A stretch of DNA of 64,000 nt, taken from positions 96,001 to 160,000 of IMG/VR virus record IMGVR_UViG_3300044846_004119. One strand, written 5' to 3'. Below, in pieces: positions 19,320 through 27,964 of the stretch (the stretch's first letter is position 1; every line of letters starts with the position of its first letter). The DNA comes from a virus. The notes below the pieces were generated by a model. It made no database searches. It was given only the letters and a program-made list of their open reading frames with translations, and was not told where the DNA came from. The position numbers and the translations under genes are program-made.

Positions 19320-20867
19320 ATGAAAAACACAAATAACAAATACCTTGATAATTTGGTCGCTAGATTGGTTAAAGAAACCTTAGAGGAAAGAACCGATGAG
19401 TTAACTACCAAGATAAATGAATTAGGTGGTATGGATGATGGTCATCCTAAATTTGGTAAGTTAAATTTAAATAAAATGTCAGATGAAGACTTAAATGACT
19501 TAATGAGTTCTAATGTTGAAGGTGATGACGACGACTATAAAGACCGAAGTGCGTATAAACCATATTATGGTGAAGAAGATGGTGACGATGATTTCCAAGA
19601 CGATGATTTCCAATACAATGGTGACATTGACAATGACTTTGATAATGATGAGGAATTAGACGAATCATCAGAAGTATGTGAATGTGGTGGTGGTATGTAT
19701 GAAGGTATTTGTGAAGAATGTGGTTATAGTAAAGTAGACGAAGGAATTGATGATGAAGAAGACCTTAATGGTAAATTTGATTATGTTGAGGAAGAAGTTG
19801 ATTTTGAAGATGAGGAAGAAATTGAAGACGAGACTCAATCAGAAGATAAAGAGGCTTGCAAGTACCATATGGATAATTTTGGTCCTGAGGACAAAAGAAC
19901 ACAACAGTTCTGTGGTTCAAATAAAATGGGTTTAAACAAATTTAAATTCTCAATGAATGAAAGATTAAAAGGTCGACAAAGAAATATTGACAAAAACAAA
20001 AATGGTAAAATTGATTCTGAAGATTTTGAAATGTTAAGAAAAGGTGAGACTAAAGAAGGTAAAATGAATGAGAAATTAAAAGGTCGACAAAGAAATATTG
20101 ACAAAAACAAAAATGGTAAAATTGATTCTGAAGATTTTGAAATGTTAAGAAAAGGTGAGACTAAAGAAGGTAAAAAATCTGTTAAACTTTCTGAGAACGA
20201 AATGATTGATTTAATAGAAAAACTTGTTAGAGAAGAAAATGCTGGCAAAAAACAAACTAATAATATTAAAAGTGCCGGAAAACCTAAAGGACTTACAAAA
20301 TACGAACAAATTCACACTAAAGATGGTAAAGAAAATGATAACTATCTTAAGGATGTTTCTAAAAAAATGAAAGATTATTTAAAAGACGGTTCTAAAGGTG
20401 ATTTTGATATGAACCCTAAAATGTTTCCTAAAGGAAATGGTGAATTAGCAACAATGAAAAAGAAAGCATATATCCCATCAACTGCGGTTGAGGACTACGT
20501 TGACAACTTTACGGCTGCTGCGTTAGAAAATTTAGATTACGATGGTATCCATGCAAATGAAGAATGGGTAACAGATAACATCGAAGGTTCTTCAAGAACA
20601 GGTAATAACCCTGAATGGGCTAACACGGGGGAATCTGATGTGAACAAAAAACGTAACAAAATCAGAAAAGATAATATGTTGGCTAAACTTAAGAGAAAGG
20701 CCTACAACAAATCACCACAACCAGTTGTTAACGATACTGCGGGTGAAGATAAAGGTAGTGTGATTATGGCTAAATTAGAGTCAACTGAACCAAAACAAGC
20801 GAAACAAATTAATGAAGAGTTTGATAGAATGAAATCTTTAATAGGTTACAATCAAAAAACTCAATAA
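19320..20867 (+). CDS. Acidic, probably prohead core or scaffold-like protein with duplicated EF-hand-like repeat
   Basis: D/E-rich N-half, CECGG..CEECG, two DKNKNGKIDSEDF loops. Start at the ATG after TATTTAT (19298-19304), track start 19251. Confidence 0.6.
   Translation: MKNTNNKYLDNLVARLVKETLEERTDELTTKINELGGMDDGHPKFGKLNLNKMSDEDLNDLMSSNVEGDDDDYKDRSAYKPYYGEEDGDDDFQDDDFQYNGDIDNDFDNDEELDESSEVCECGGGMYEGICEECGYSKVDEGIDDEEDLNGKFDYVEEEVDFEDEEEIEDETQSEDKEACKYHMDNFGPEDKRTQQFCGSNKMGLNKFKFSMNERLKGRQRNIDKNKNGKIDSEDFEMLRKGETKEGKMNEKLKGRQRNIDKNKNGKIDSEDFEMLRKGETKEGKKSVKLSENEMIDLIEKLVREENAGKKQTNNIKSAGKPKGLTKYEQIHTKDGKENDNYLKDVSKKMKDYLKDGSKGDFDMNPKMFPKGNGELATMKKKAYIPSTAVEDYVDNFTAAALENLDYDGIHANEEWVTDNIEGSSRTGNNPEWANTGESDVNKKRNKIRKDNMLAKLKRKAYNKSPQPVVNDTAGEDKGSVIMAKLESTEPKQAKQINEEFDRMKSLIGYNQKTQ
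19953..20174 (+). repeat. Near-perfect 111-bp in-frame tandem duplication
   Basis: Units 19953-20063 and 20064-20174 differ at 2 nt and encode MNE[RK]LKGRQRNIDKNKNGKIDSEDFEMLRKGETKEGK. Confidence 0.95.
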
Positions 20868-20914
20868 TTTACAAACACATAATATAACTTATAATTTCTC
20901 CATAGACTAACTCT

Positions 20915-21382
20915 ATGGAGAATTTTTTTAATTACATATCAAATCCGTTAACTCCTGAGGATGTTGACATCTGGTTTAGGGTAAATAATATCATACCTGA
21001 AAAAATAGAGTTATTTTCCGACTTCTCACATTCCCTGAACATATTAATTGTTGAAACTTATTTAGGTGAGAATAACACCGCAAATGAAACCAAAATTGTT
21101 ATGTCGTTAGACGATAATCACAAACATTTTGAATGGTGTTGGAATAAAATAATTGATAACTTTACTAAAGAGAATATTAGATTCCAACCAATTGGTGACC
21201 ACTACGAATACTTCCAATCATTTTTTGTTGATATCTTTTATAATCAAAGTGACGTTAAAATTAGACATTCTATTGATAGTTACCTCAACGACCTTTTTGA
21301 CACCAAAAAATCTTTCACTAAATCTGATTTAGATATGATATTAACCATATATAAAGTGTTAGATAAAAATCTTAAAATTTAA
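20915..21382 (+). CDS. Hypothetical protein
   Basis: 155-aa ORF. Confidence 0.6.
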   Translation: MENFFNYISNPLTPEDVDIWFRVNNIIPEKIELFSDFSHSLNILIVETYLGENNTANETKIVMSLDDNHKHFEWCWNKIIDNFTKENIRFQPIGDHYEYFQSFFVDIFYNQSDVKIRHSIDSYLNDLFDTKKSFTKSDLDMILTIYKVLDKNLKI

Positions 21383-21464
21383 AAAATACCTTTATAGTGT
21401 TTACTATAGACCAAAAAAAATTATTTTATAATAAAACAATAAATAAACTAATTGAATTTTAAAA

Positions 21465-21641
21465 ATGGAAACATTAGAACAAATTAAAACACTAACTGAA
21501 GAATTGTCACAAGAAGTGGCCAAATTCTTTAAAGGTAATAAAAGTGCGGGTACTAGAGCTAGAAAAAACGCTCATGACTTGAAAAATTTATTACAAACAC
21601 TAAGAACTGAAATACTTGAAGAAAGAAAAAAACCTCAATAA
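21465..21641 (+). CDS. Histone H1-like Hc1-type small protein (Bacteroidota type), missed by the ORF track
   Basis: 58 aa METLEQIK...KGNKSAGTRARKNAHDLKNLLQTLR, matching the GNKxAGTRARK signature. TAATG-coupled to the next gene. Confidence 0.8.
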   Translation: METLEQIKTLTEELSQEVAKFFKGNKSAGTRARKNAHDLKNLLQTLRTEILEERKKPQ

Positions 21642-21829
21642 TGCATAATTTAAATGCAATATATTTGTTTTTATTTATCTTTTCGGTTCTGACCGTAATT
21701 AGAACGGTCGCTAGGTTTATAAGTACCCTATTACAGAACCCACCAAGTCAACTAAAATTGACTAGGTGGGAACTTATACACTTAGGATTATCACTATCCT
21801 ATGTCATAACCTATTTTATTAAAAATTAA
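21641..21829 (+). CDS. Small two-TM membrane protein
   Basis: Two hydrophobic segments in 62 aa. Confidence 0.55.
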   Translation: MHNLNAIYLFLFIFSVLTVIRTVARFISTLLQNPPSQLKLTRWELIHLGLSLSYVITYFIKN

Positions 21830-21831
21830 TT

Positions 21832-22281
21832 ATGAGTTTATATAAAGAGTTTTCAACATTACTTCCATACATACAGTCTGTAAGGAAACTTAAAAACTAT
21901 TTAAGTTTTGACGTTAGTTTTCCTAAAACATGGAAATTACCTAAAAAATATATTGAAGAAGATAAAATTTTAGAACAAGAAAGTACTATTATTGATAATA
22001 GATTTTTTTCTTTTGTATCTGAGATAACTGAAGAAGGTGTTGAAAACACATCTAAAAATATTCAAAATATTATTAAATATAATTTAGAAAGAGAAGAGAA
22101 AGAAAAATTATTCCAAAATAAAGTAGATGAATTAAAGCATATTTTTGAAAAACAAAATCTTAAAAACTTAAAAAGTTTACAATTTGAAATAAAAAATAAT
22201 AAATTAGAACTTGAATACGATGAAGAAGAGCTCGAAGGTGCTAGAGTGGTTCCAGAACGAATTAACAAAGGACAAGATTGA
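21832..22281 (+). CDS. Hypothetical protein
   Basis: 149-aa ORF in operon. Confidence 0.6.
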   Translation: MSLYKEFSTLLPYIQSVRKLKNYLSFDVSFPKTWKLPKKYIEEDKILEQESTIIDNRFFSFVSEITEEGVENTSKNIQNIIKYNLEREEKEKLFQNKVDELKHIFEKQNLKNLKSLQFEIKNNKLELEYDEEELEGARVVPERINKGQD

Positions 22282-22414
22282 TTTAGATAAAGGAAAGTCT
22301 GATTTAATCAACCAAATTAAAAAATTAAAAAAGGAAGAAATACTTCCTAAAATACCTCAAACCCCTGAAAAAATATCACTATGGAAGAGAATCAAAAAAG
22401 TATTGATGGGATAA
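22220..22414 (+). CDS. Hypothetical small basic protein
   Basis: ATG at 22220 (track TTG 22211), overlaps both neighbours. Confidence 0.5.
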   Translation: MKKSSKVLEWFQNELTKDKIDLDKGKSDLINQIKKLKKEEILPKIPQTPEKISLWKRIKKVLMG

Positions 22415-22695
22415 TTGAAAAATTAGCGTTAGTTGCTGATGCGATTGACAGTTTATTTCCTGATGGAAAATCCGCAATCGCCTTTGAACTTAAATCAGAA
22501 GATTTTAAAAGAGTTCAAAATAACTTTCGACAAGTTGACCATACACATAAACAATTCAAAATAGTTATTTCAAATACCGAATTTATGTTTTTGTTGGATG
22601 GGTTGTTGATTGACGAAACAGATAGGTTTTCGGAAACCCTTTCTCAGATAAAATTAAATAAAGATACTTCCTCTGAGCAGTTGAATAATCTTTAA
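22381..22695 (+). CDS. Hypothetical protein
   Basis: 104-aa ORF whose 3' end overlaps the convergent gene. Confidence 0.5.
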   Translation: MEENQKSIDGIIEKLALVADAIDSLFPDGKSAIAFELKSEDFKRVQNNFRQVDHTHKQFKIVISNTEFMFLLDGLLIDETDRFSETLSQIKLNKDTSSEQLNNL

Positions 22696-23230
22696 CAAAC
22701 ATACAATCACTTCTTTTTTGAGATATGAAATTTTCAGAAAGATTATCTAATAGTCTTGATGAATCATCATCATTTTTTAATGTGAATAAATTATAATTGT
22801 CATCGTTTTGTACAATTACTTTATTATTTAATTTAGATATCATTTTTAAACCAGGTGGGTCTAAATATTTTTTAATAAAATCATTGATTGTTATTCTAGT
22901 ATTGGTGGAATAGTCAACAATAAGTTCCTCTAAATTATATTTTGATATTTTGATAATTGAGAAATCATTATCGTCTAAGTCAACTTTAACCTGTCTACCA
23001 AAAACATCTTTCATATACATTGGTGACAAAGTTCCTGATGTTTTTTCTAACAATGCTAATTCATACAATGATTCGTAACCATTTTCATATTTTTTATCAA
23101 AAAAAATGGAATTACTTTTCTCAACCAATAAATTATATAACTCATTTGCTTTTTTATGTGTTTTAAATTTATTGATTATTTTCTTTTTTACTTTATTCTT
23201 AAACAGTACTACTTGATAGTTGTATGACAT
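22583..23230 (-). CDS. Hypothetical protein
   Basis: 215-aa ORF divergent from dnaJ. Confidence 0.65.
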   Translation of the reverse strand: MSYNYQVVLFKNKVKKKIINKFKTHKKANELYNLLVEKSNSIFFDKKYENGYESLYELALLEKTSGTLSPMYMKDVFGRQVKVDLDDNDFSIIKISKYNLEELIVDYSTNTRITINDFIKKYLDPPGLKMISKLNNKVIVQNDDNYNLFTLKNDDDSSRLLDNLSENFISQKRSDCMFVKDYSTAQRKYLYLILSEKGFPKTYLFRQSTTHPTKT

Positions 23231-23279
23231 TGAAAAATGATAATATTAACTAAATTAGTTTCAAAACAAATATAAGTAA

Positions 23280-24203
23280 ATGAGTATGGATAATTTTTAC
23301 AATACAATAGGGGTTAATGAAACCGCAACACAAGATGAGATTAAAAAAGCTTACCGTAAATTAGCAATTGAACATCATCCAGATAAAGGTGGTGATGAAA
23401 ATAAATTTAAAAAAATTTCGGAAGCCTACGATACTTTAGGTGACGAGATTAAAAGAAGTCAATATGACAATCAAAGGCAAAATCCTTTTAATAACATGGG
23501 AGGTGGAGGATTCAACCCATTTGAAGATTTGTTTAAAGGAGCATTTCATACTCAAAGAAGACGAACTGTTCCTGATAAAGTAATTGAAGTTCAGATTAGT
23601 GCTCTTGAATCGTTTATTGCGGGGGATAAGGTAATTAGTTATTCAAGACAACATATGTGTAATGATTGTGTTGGACAAGGTGGAGATAGAGACACTTGTA
23701 ATGTATGTAATGGAGATGGATTTATTGTTCAAAAAATTGGTGGAAGTATGTTTTCTCAGGTGGTTAGACAAACGTGTAACAAATGTAAAGGGAATGGATT
23801 CGCCTATAAAAAAACTTGTGGTACTTGCCACGGACAAACAACTAGGTCTGAAACGGAATCAATTAAGATTAAATTACCACATGGGATTGATGATGGACAA
23901 TTTTTAAGGTTACAAGGTAAAGGTGATTATAAAGATGGTATGTATGGTAATTTGGTTATTAGAGTTAAAGTGATGTCTGAAAATAATTTTGAAAAACTTG
24001 GGGATGATTTAATCTATAACGCTTATTTTGATTTAAATGGGTTACACAGTGATAATTTAGAGATTCCGCATCCACAAGGGAATATATCAATTAAATTACC
24101 AACTCAATTTGATACATCAAAACCCCTTAGAGTTAAATCTAAAGGGTATAATAATGTTGGTGATATGTTTGTTAAACTTTTTGTTAGGTTTAACCGTAAT
24201 TAA
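23280..24203 (+). CDS. dnaJ: DnaJ co-chaperone
   Basis: J-domain with HHPD, G/F stretch, four CxxCxGxG repeats, C-terminal GDL/GDM motifs. Confidence 0.92.
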   Translation: MSMDNFYNTIGVNETATQDEIKKAYRKLAIEHHPDKGGDENKFKKISEAYDTLGDEIKRSQYDNQRQNPFNNMGGGGFNPFEDLFKGAFHTQRRRTVPDKVIEVQISALESFIAGDKVISYSRQHMCNDCVGQGGDRDTCNVCNGDGFIVQKIGGSMFSQVVRQTCNKCKGNGFAYKKTCGTCHGQTTRSETESIKIKLPHGIDDGQFLRLQGKGDYKDGMYGNLVIRVKVMSENNFEKLGDDLIYNAYFDLNGLHSDNLEIPHPQGNISIKLPTQFDTSKPLRVKSKGYNNVGDMFVKLFVRFNRN

Positions 24204-24403
24204 TTTGTGAAGTAATTTTGAGCTTCGTGTATTAATTTTATAGTCCCGTATATTGCGGCAAATAAAATATAGAATGATATTGCAATTAAAAACCACTGTT
24301 GTTTTCGGAATTTACCACAAGAACTACATTTTTTTGTTGATTTAGAGGATTTACCTGTATTAATTTCGGTTTCATCAATTACTGTTCCTTCGACTGTATC
24401 CAT
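24200..24403 (-). CDS. Small membrane protein with CxxC
   Basis: CSSCG followed by a TM helix. Confidence 0.5.
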   Translation of the reverse strand: MDTVEGTVIDETEINTGKSSKSTKKCSSCGKFRKQQWFLIAISFYILFAAIYGTIKLIHEAQNYFTN

Positions 24404-24521
24404 TGTTTTTTAAATTTAAATAGTTTATGACCCAAAAGTAATCTAAAAATACATTAAAGTAAAATACCTAAAACATTTGCCTTTTTGGTTTTTTTCACTT
24501 ATACTTTTAAAAAAAATAACT

Positions 24522-25361
24522 ATGCTATCATACATCGGAGGTAAAAGTAAAATTGGAAAGTGGATTGTCCCTTTCTACCCTGAGGATATGGAGACGTACG
24601 TAGAAACATTCGGAGGGATGTTTTGGTGTTTCTTCAACATGGATTTATCCAAATATCCAAATCTTAAAGAAGTCGTATATAACGACTTCAATCCATTAAA
24701 TTATAACTTGTTTCAATGTGTTAAAAATCCTAAACTATTATTGGATGCGATTAATGCAATACCATGTCAACAATTTGGTGAAGAAATTACACCGTCAATT
24801 TACAAAGAACAATTTATCAGCTTCCAAGCTGAAATATTTGCCGATAATTACAGCGTACAACCTGGCGATTATGTTGTTGCCGCGAAATATGCTTACGTAT
24901 TAACACAAGTATTTAGTGGTAGTAAACCTGAAACGAGTGGTTTTATTGACTTAAAAGGTAAGTATAAATCAAAATACCTTACATTTAGAGATAAGTTATC
25001 TAAACCTGAATGGGTTGAACATTTTTTAAAGATAACCAAGGTTGAGAATATGGATTTTGAGGATGTTATTAAAAAATATGACTCACCAACAACATATATC
25101 TATTTGGACCCACCTTATTGGAAAACGGAAAATTATTACAATAATCATGACTTTGATAGAGATGACCATGAGAGATTGGCTAATGTATTAAAAGATATTA
25201 AAGGTAAATTTAGTTTATCTTATTATGACTTTGAATTATTACATACTTGGTTTCCTGAACCAAAATATCGATGGGAGAAAAAAGAATTCGCCAAAGCTGC
25301 GGCGGCTAAAAAAGGTAAGACTCAAAACATGGGGGAAGAACTTTTAATTATGAATTACTAA
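24522..25361 (+). CDS. Dam-like (D12 class) DNA adenine methyltransferase, orphan
   Basis: YIGGKS, YVETFGG, VYNDFN, YLDPPY. ATG at 24522 (track TTG 24477). Confidence 0.85.
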   Translation: MLSYIGGKSKIGKWIVPFYPEDMETYVETFGGMFWCFFNMDLSKYPNLKEVVYNDFNPLNYNLFQCVKNPKLLLDAINAIPCQQFGEEITPSIYKEQFISFQAEIFADNYSVQPGDYVVAAKYAYVLTQVFSGSKPETSGFIDLKGKYKSKYLTFRDKLSKPEWVEHFLKITKVENMDFEDVIKKYDSPTTYIYLDPPYWKTENYYNNHDFDRDDHERLANVLKDIKGKFSLSYYDFELLHTWFPEPKYRWEKKEFAKAAAAKKGKTQNMGEELLIMNY

Positions 25362-25410
25362 ATAATGGATTATTTCTTAATTCTGAATATTTATATTAAA
25401 AACATTTAAA

Positions 25411-26787
25411 ATGAGAATAACAACATTACTTTCGAATTTAATAGTAGAACAATCTAGATTTCAGGTTTTATTTGATAAATTAGTTAAACCTGCCACTAAA
25501 TCTAAAAATATTGAGACAGGAAAAAAACCAAAAGGTATTATGGATTTTGAAACCCTAAAGGCGATTATCCTTGCTGACCCAACAACTAGAGTACCTGAAG
25601 GTAAAGATATAGACACTTTATCCATGGAAGATATGGAAAGAGTTAAAGTTGGTAAATACTCACAATGGTTACTTAAAAACTATGTTAGTCCTCAGATTGA
25701 AACTGATGATGAAGTTGATTTTAAAAGTCCTGCATATCAAAAGTCTTTAGTTGAAGGCCGAAGATTATTCATGGAGGATTTATATAAAACTACCGCTGAT
25801 TTAGTTAAGTTTGAAAAGGCTAAACCCTATTTACCCCAAGAACAAAGAGACATCAATAAATTTACGGTAACATCATTATTTGATACTTTAAAAGATTTTC
25901 AAATTCCTGAAAAGAAAAGGGGTGAACTTGAAAAGAAAGAAGCTAAAAAATCAAGAGAAGGTTTTAACCACGCTGGTGGTAAAATCGTTTATGAAGGTCC
26001 AAATTGGACAATGATTAAAATTGAAGACCAAGGTAGTGTTGGTAAAGACGCGGCGGTTTACTATGGTGGATTCCATGAGTACGACCAAGGAGAATCAAGA
26101 TGGTGTACGTCATCACCTGGATTAACTTATTTTAATGGATACATTAAAGATGGCCCATTATATGTCGTATTTCCAAATGATGACAAAGGTTTAGTTGGTA
26201 AAAAAACAGGTTTACCACAAGAAAGATTCCAATTCCATTTCCCTTCAAATCAGTTTATGGATAGACATGACAGACAAATTAATTTAGTTGAATATTTGAA
26301 CGGACCTATGTCTGAACTCAAGGACTTCTTCAAACCTGAATTTGCGAAAGGATTAGTAACTAAAGGTGGTAATAAGGTTGAAATTAACTATCCTGATAGT
26401 TCTGCGGGTAAATTTGTTGCTTTATATGGATTTGATGAATTATTTGATAGTTTACCTGAAAATATAGAACACTTATTAATTAATAACAAATCAAAAGAAG
26501 AGATTGCGTTAACAGTTCCTGAGTCTTTAGGTAGATTCAAAGACTTACAAGCATTGTTATTACAAAATATCGCTAAAACATTACCTGAGTCAATCGGTCA
26601 ATTACAGAATTTAAATTTCTTGGCGTTACCGTCAAATAAATCGTTACAAAGTTTACCTGAATCAATTGCTGATATACCAGGTTTAGCGTTTATTAACTTA
26701 AAAGATAGTAACCCTGGTGTTAAAATACCTGAAAGATTAAAAGAAAAACTATCTGATGAAGGTAGTGGGTTTTATTATGTAAACTAA
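25411..26787 (+). CDS. Protein with WCT-motif central domain and C-terminal leucine-rich repeats
   Basis: SRWCTS...GPLYV...FQFHF..NQFMD, then VPESLGRFKDLQALLL / LPESIGQLQNLNFLAL / LPESIADIPGLAFINL repeats. Confidence 0.7.
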   Translation: MRITTLLSNLIVEQSRFQVLFDKLVKPATKSKNIETGKKPKGIMDFETLKAIILADPTTRVPEGKDIDTLSMEDMERVKVGKYSQWLLKNYVSPQIETDDEVDFKSPAYQKSLVEGRRLFMEDLYKTTADLVKFEKAKPYLPQEQRDINKFTVTSLFDTLKDFQIPEKKRGELEKKEAKKSREGFNHAGGKIVYEGPNWTMIKIEDQGSVGKDAAVYYGGFHEYDQGESRWCTSSPGLTYFNGYIKDGPLYVVFPNDDKGLVGKKTGLPQERFQFHFPSNQFMDRHDRQINLVEYLNGPMSELKDFFKPEFAKGLVTKGGNKVEINYPDSSAGKFVALYGFDELFDSLPENIEHLLINNKSKEEIALTVPESLGRFKDLQALLLQNIAKTLPESIGQLQNLNFLALPSNKSLQSLPESIADIPGLAFINLKDSNPGVKIPERLKEKLSDEGSGFYYVN

Positions 26788-26816
26788 TTTACTTATTTTT
26801 TTACAAAAATAATGTT

Positions 26817-27107
26817 ATGGGAAATGTTGACGTAGACATATATGTTAATCAGTTTATATCATTTTTTGATAAAAACCCTGAAGAGTTAAAAATTTTAATC
26901 GGTGATGTGGATAAAAATGAATTTTATCTTAAAGTTACTGAACAATGTTATGTTAATGTTGAAAATGGGGAAGAAATTTCTTTAACAAGGCCTCAGATAC
27001 TTAAAATAATTGTTAAACTTAGAAAGAGTGAAATTACTATCTTTGAAAAAACTAAGATTTACGAAATTCACCAAAAAACAAAATTCGGAAACATTTGTTT
27101 AAATTAA
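26817..27107 (+). CDS. Hypothetical protein
   Basis: 96-aa ORF. Confidence 0.55.
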   Translation: MGNVDVDIYVNQFISFFDKNPEELKILIGDVDKNEFYLKVTEQCYVNVENGEEISLTRPQILKIIVKLRKSEITIFEKTKIYEIHQKTKFGNICLN

Positions 27108-27108
27108 A

Positions 27109-27140
27109 TTTGGTAATATGAATGGTATTCATTACTTTTG
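27109..27140 (+). promoter_or_regulatory. Bacteroidota-type housekeeping promoter
   Basis: TTTG(27109-12), 20 nt, TACTTTTG(27133-40). Confidence 0.65.
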
Positions 27141-27166
27141 TATTATAAATTTAAAAACAACAAAAT

Positions 27167-27922
27167 ATGTCATACACTTCCGAGTCAATTAAATCAACCG
27201 CACCAGCAGTATTTGCAACGTTCCCATCTCAAAAGATGTCGGATAAGTATGTTTTCGTACCAACATTTGAAATTCTTGAGAATTTTGAACGTGAGGGATG
27301 GCAATTATCATCTGTTAAACAAACAGGTCGTGGTGAACATGGTGTTCACGAATTAAGATTTCGTAATGGGGAATTACCTAAAGTTGGTGATTCAATCGTA
27401 GAGGCAATTATTCGTAACTCGCATAACGGATTGGCAACATTCTCAGTTAGTGCTGGCCTTCATCGATTAGTATGTAGTAACGGTTTAACGGTACCTACGT
27501 CACTTTCTGAGTCATTCAACCTTAGACATCAAAGATTTGATTTAAATGAGGTAAAACAACTTACAGAGAGTTTTGCGGGACGGTTACCTGTAATCCAAAG
27601 GTCAGTAGACCGAATGATGAATAAAGAACTGACTTTACCTGAGAAAATTCAATTCATTAAGAAAGCTATCAACACTCGTTGGAAGACTGGTACTGTACCG
27701 CCAACTCTTGATGTTATGGAGATTATGTACCCTAAACGTGAGGAAGATAACAAGAATGACTTATGGACGGTATTCAATGTGGTACAAGAGAAGTTTATTA
27801 AAGGTGGTCTTGAGTATCAAACACAAAGAGGTAGAAAAACATCCTTAAGAGGTTTAAGTAGTATTATGGCGGTTAACCAAGTTAATACCAAACTTTGGGA
27901 ACTTGCAGAAGAGATGTGTTAA
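27167..27922 (+). CDS. DUF932/DUF945-family protein
   Basis: NSHNG...F..SAGLHRLVCSNGL, DLWTVFNVVQE, N.KLW. Confidence 0.8.
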   Translation: MSYTSESIKSTAPAVFATFPSQKMSDKYVFVPTFEILENFEREGWQLSSVKQTGRGEHGVHELRFRNGELPKVGDSIVEAIIRNSHNGLATFSVSAGLHRLVCSNGLTVPTSLSESFNLRHQRFDLNEVKQLTESFAGRLPVIQRSVDRMMNKELTLPEKIQFIKKAINTRWKTGTVPPTLDVMEIMYPKREEDNKNDLWTVFNVVQEKFIKGGLEYQTQRGRKTSLRGLSSIMAVNQVNTKLWELAEEMC

Positions 27923-27926
27923 TTTA

Positions 27927-27955
27927 AATGGGGGTAATAATCCCCCATTCATTTA
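27927..27955 (+). terminator. Hairpin after the DUF932 gene
   Basis: AATGGGGG/CCCCCATT stem, weak U tail. Confidence 0.45.
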
Positions 27956-27964
27956 ATTTAAATT

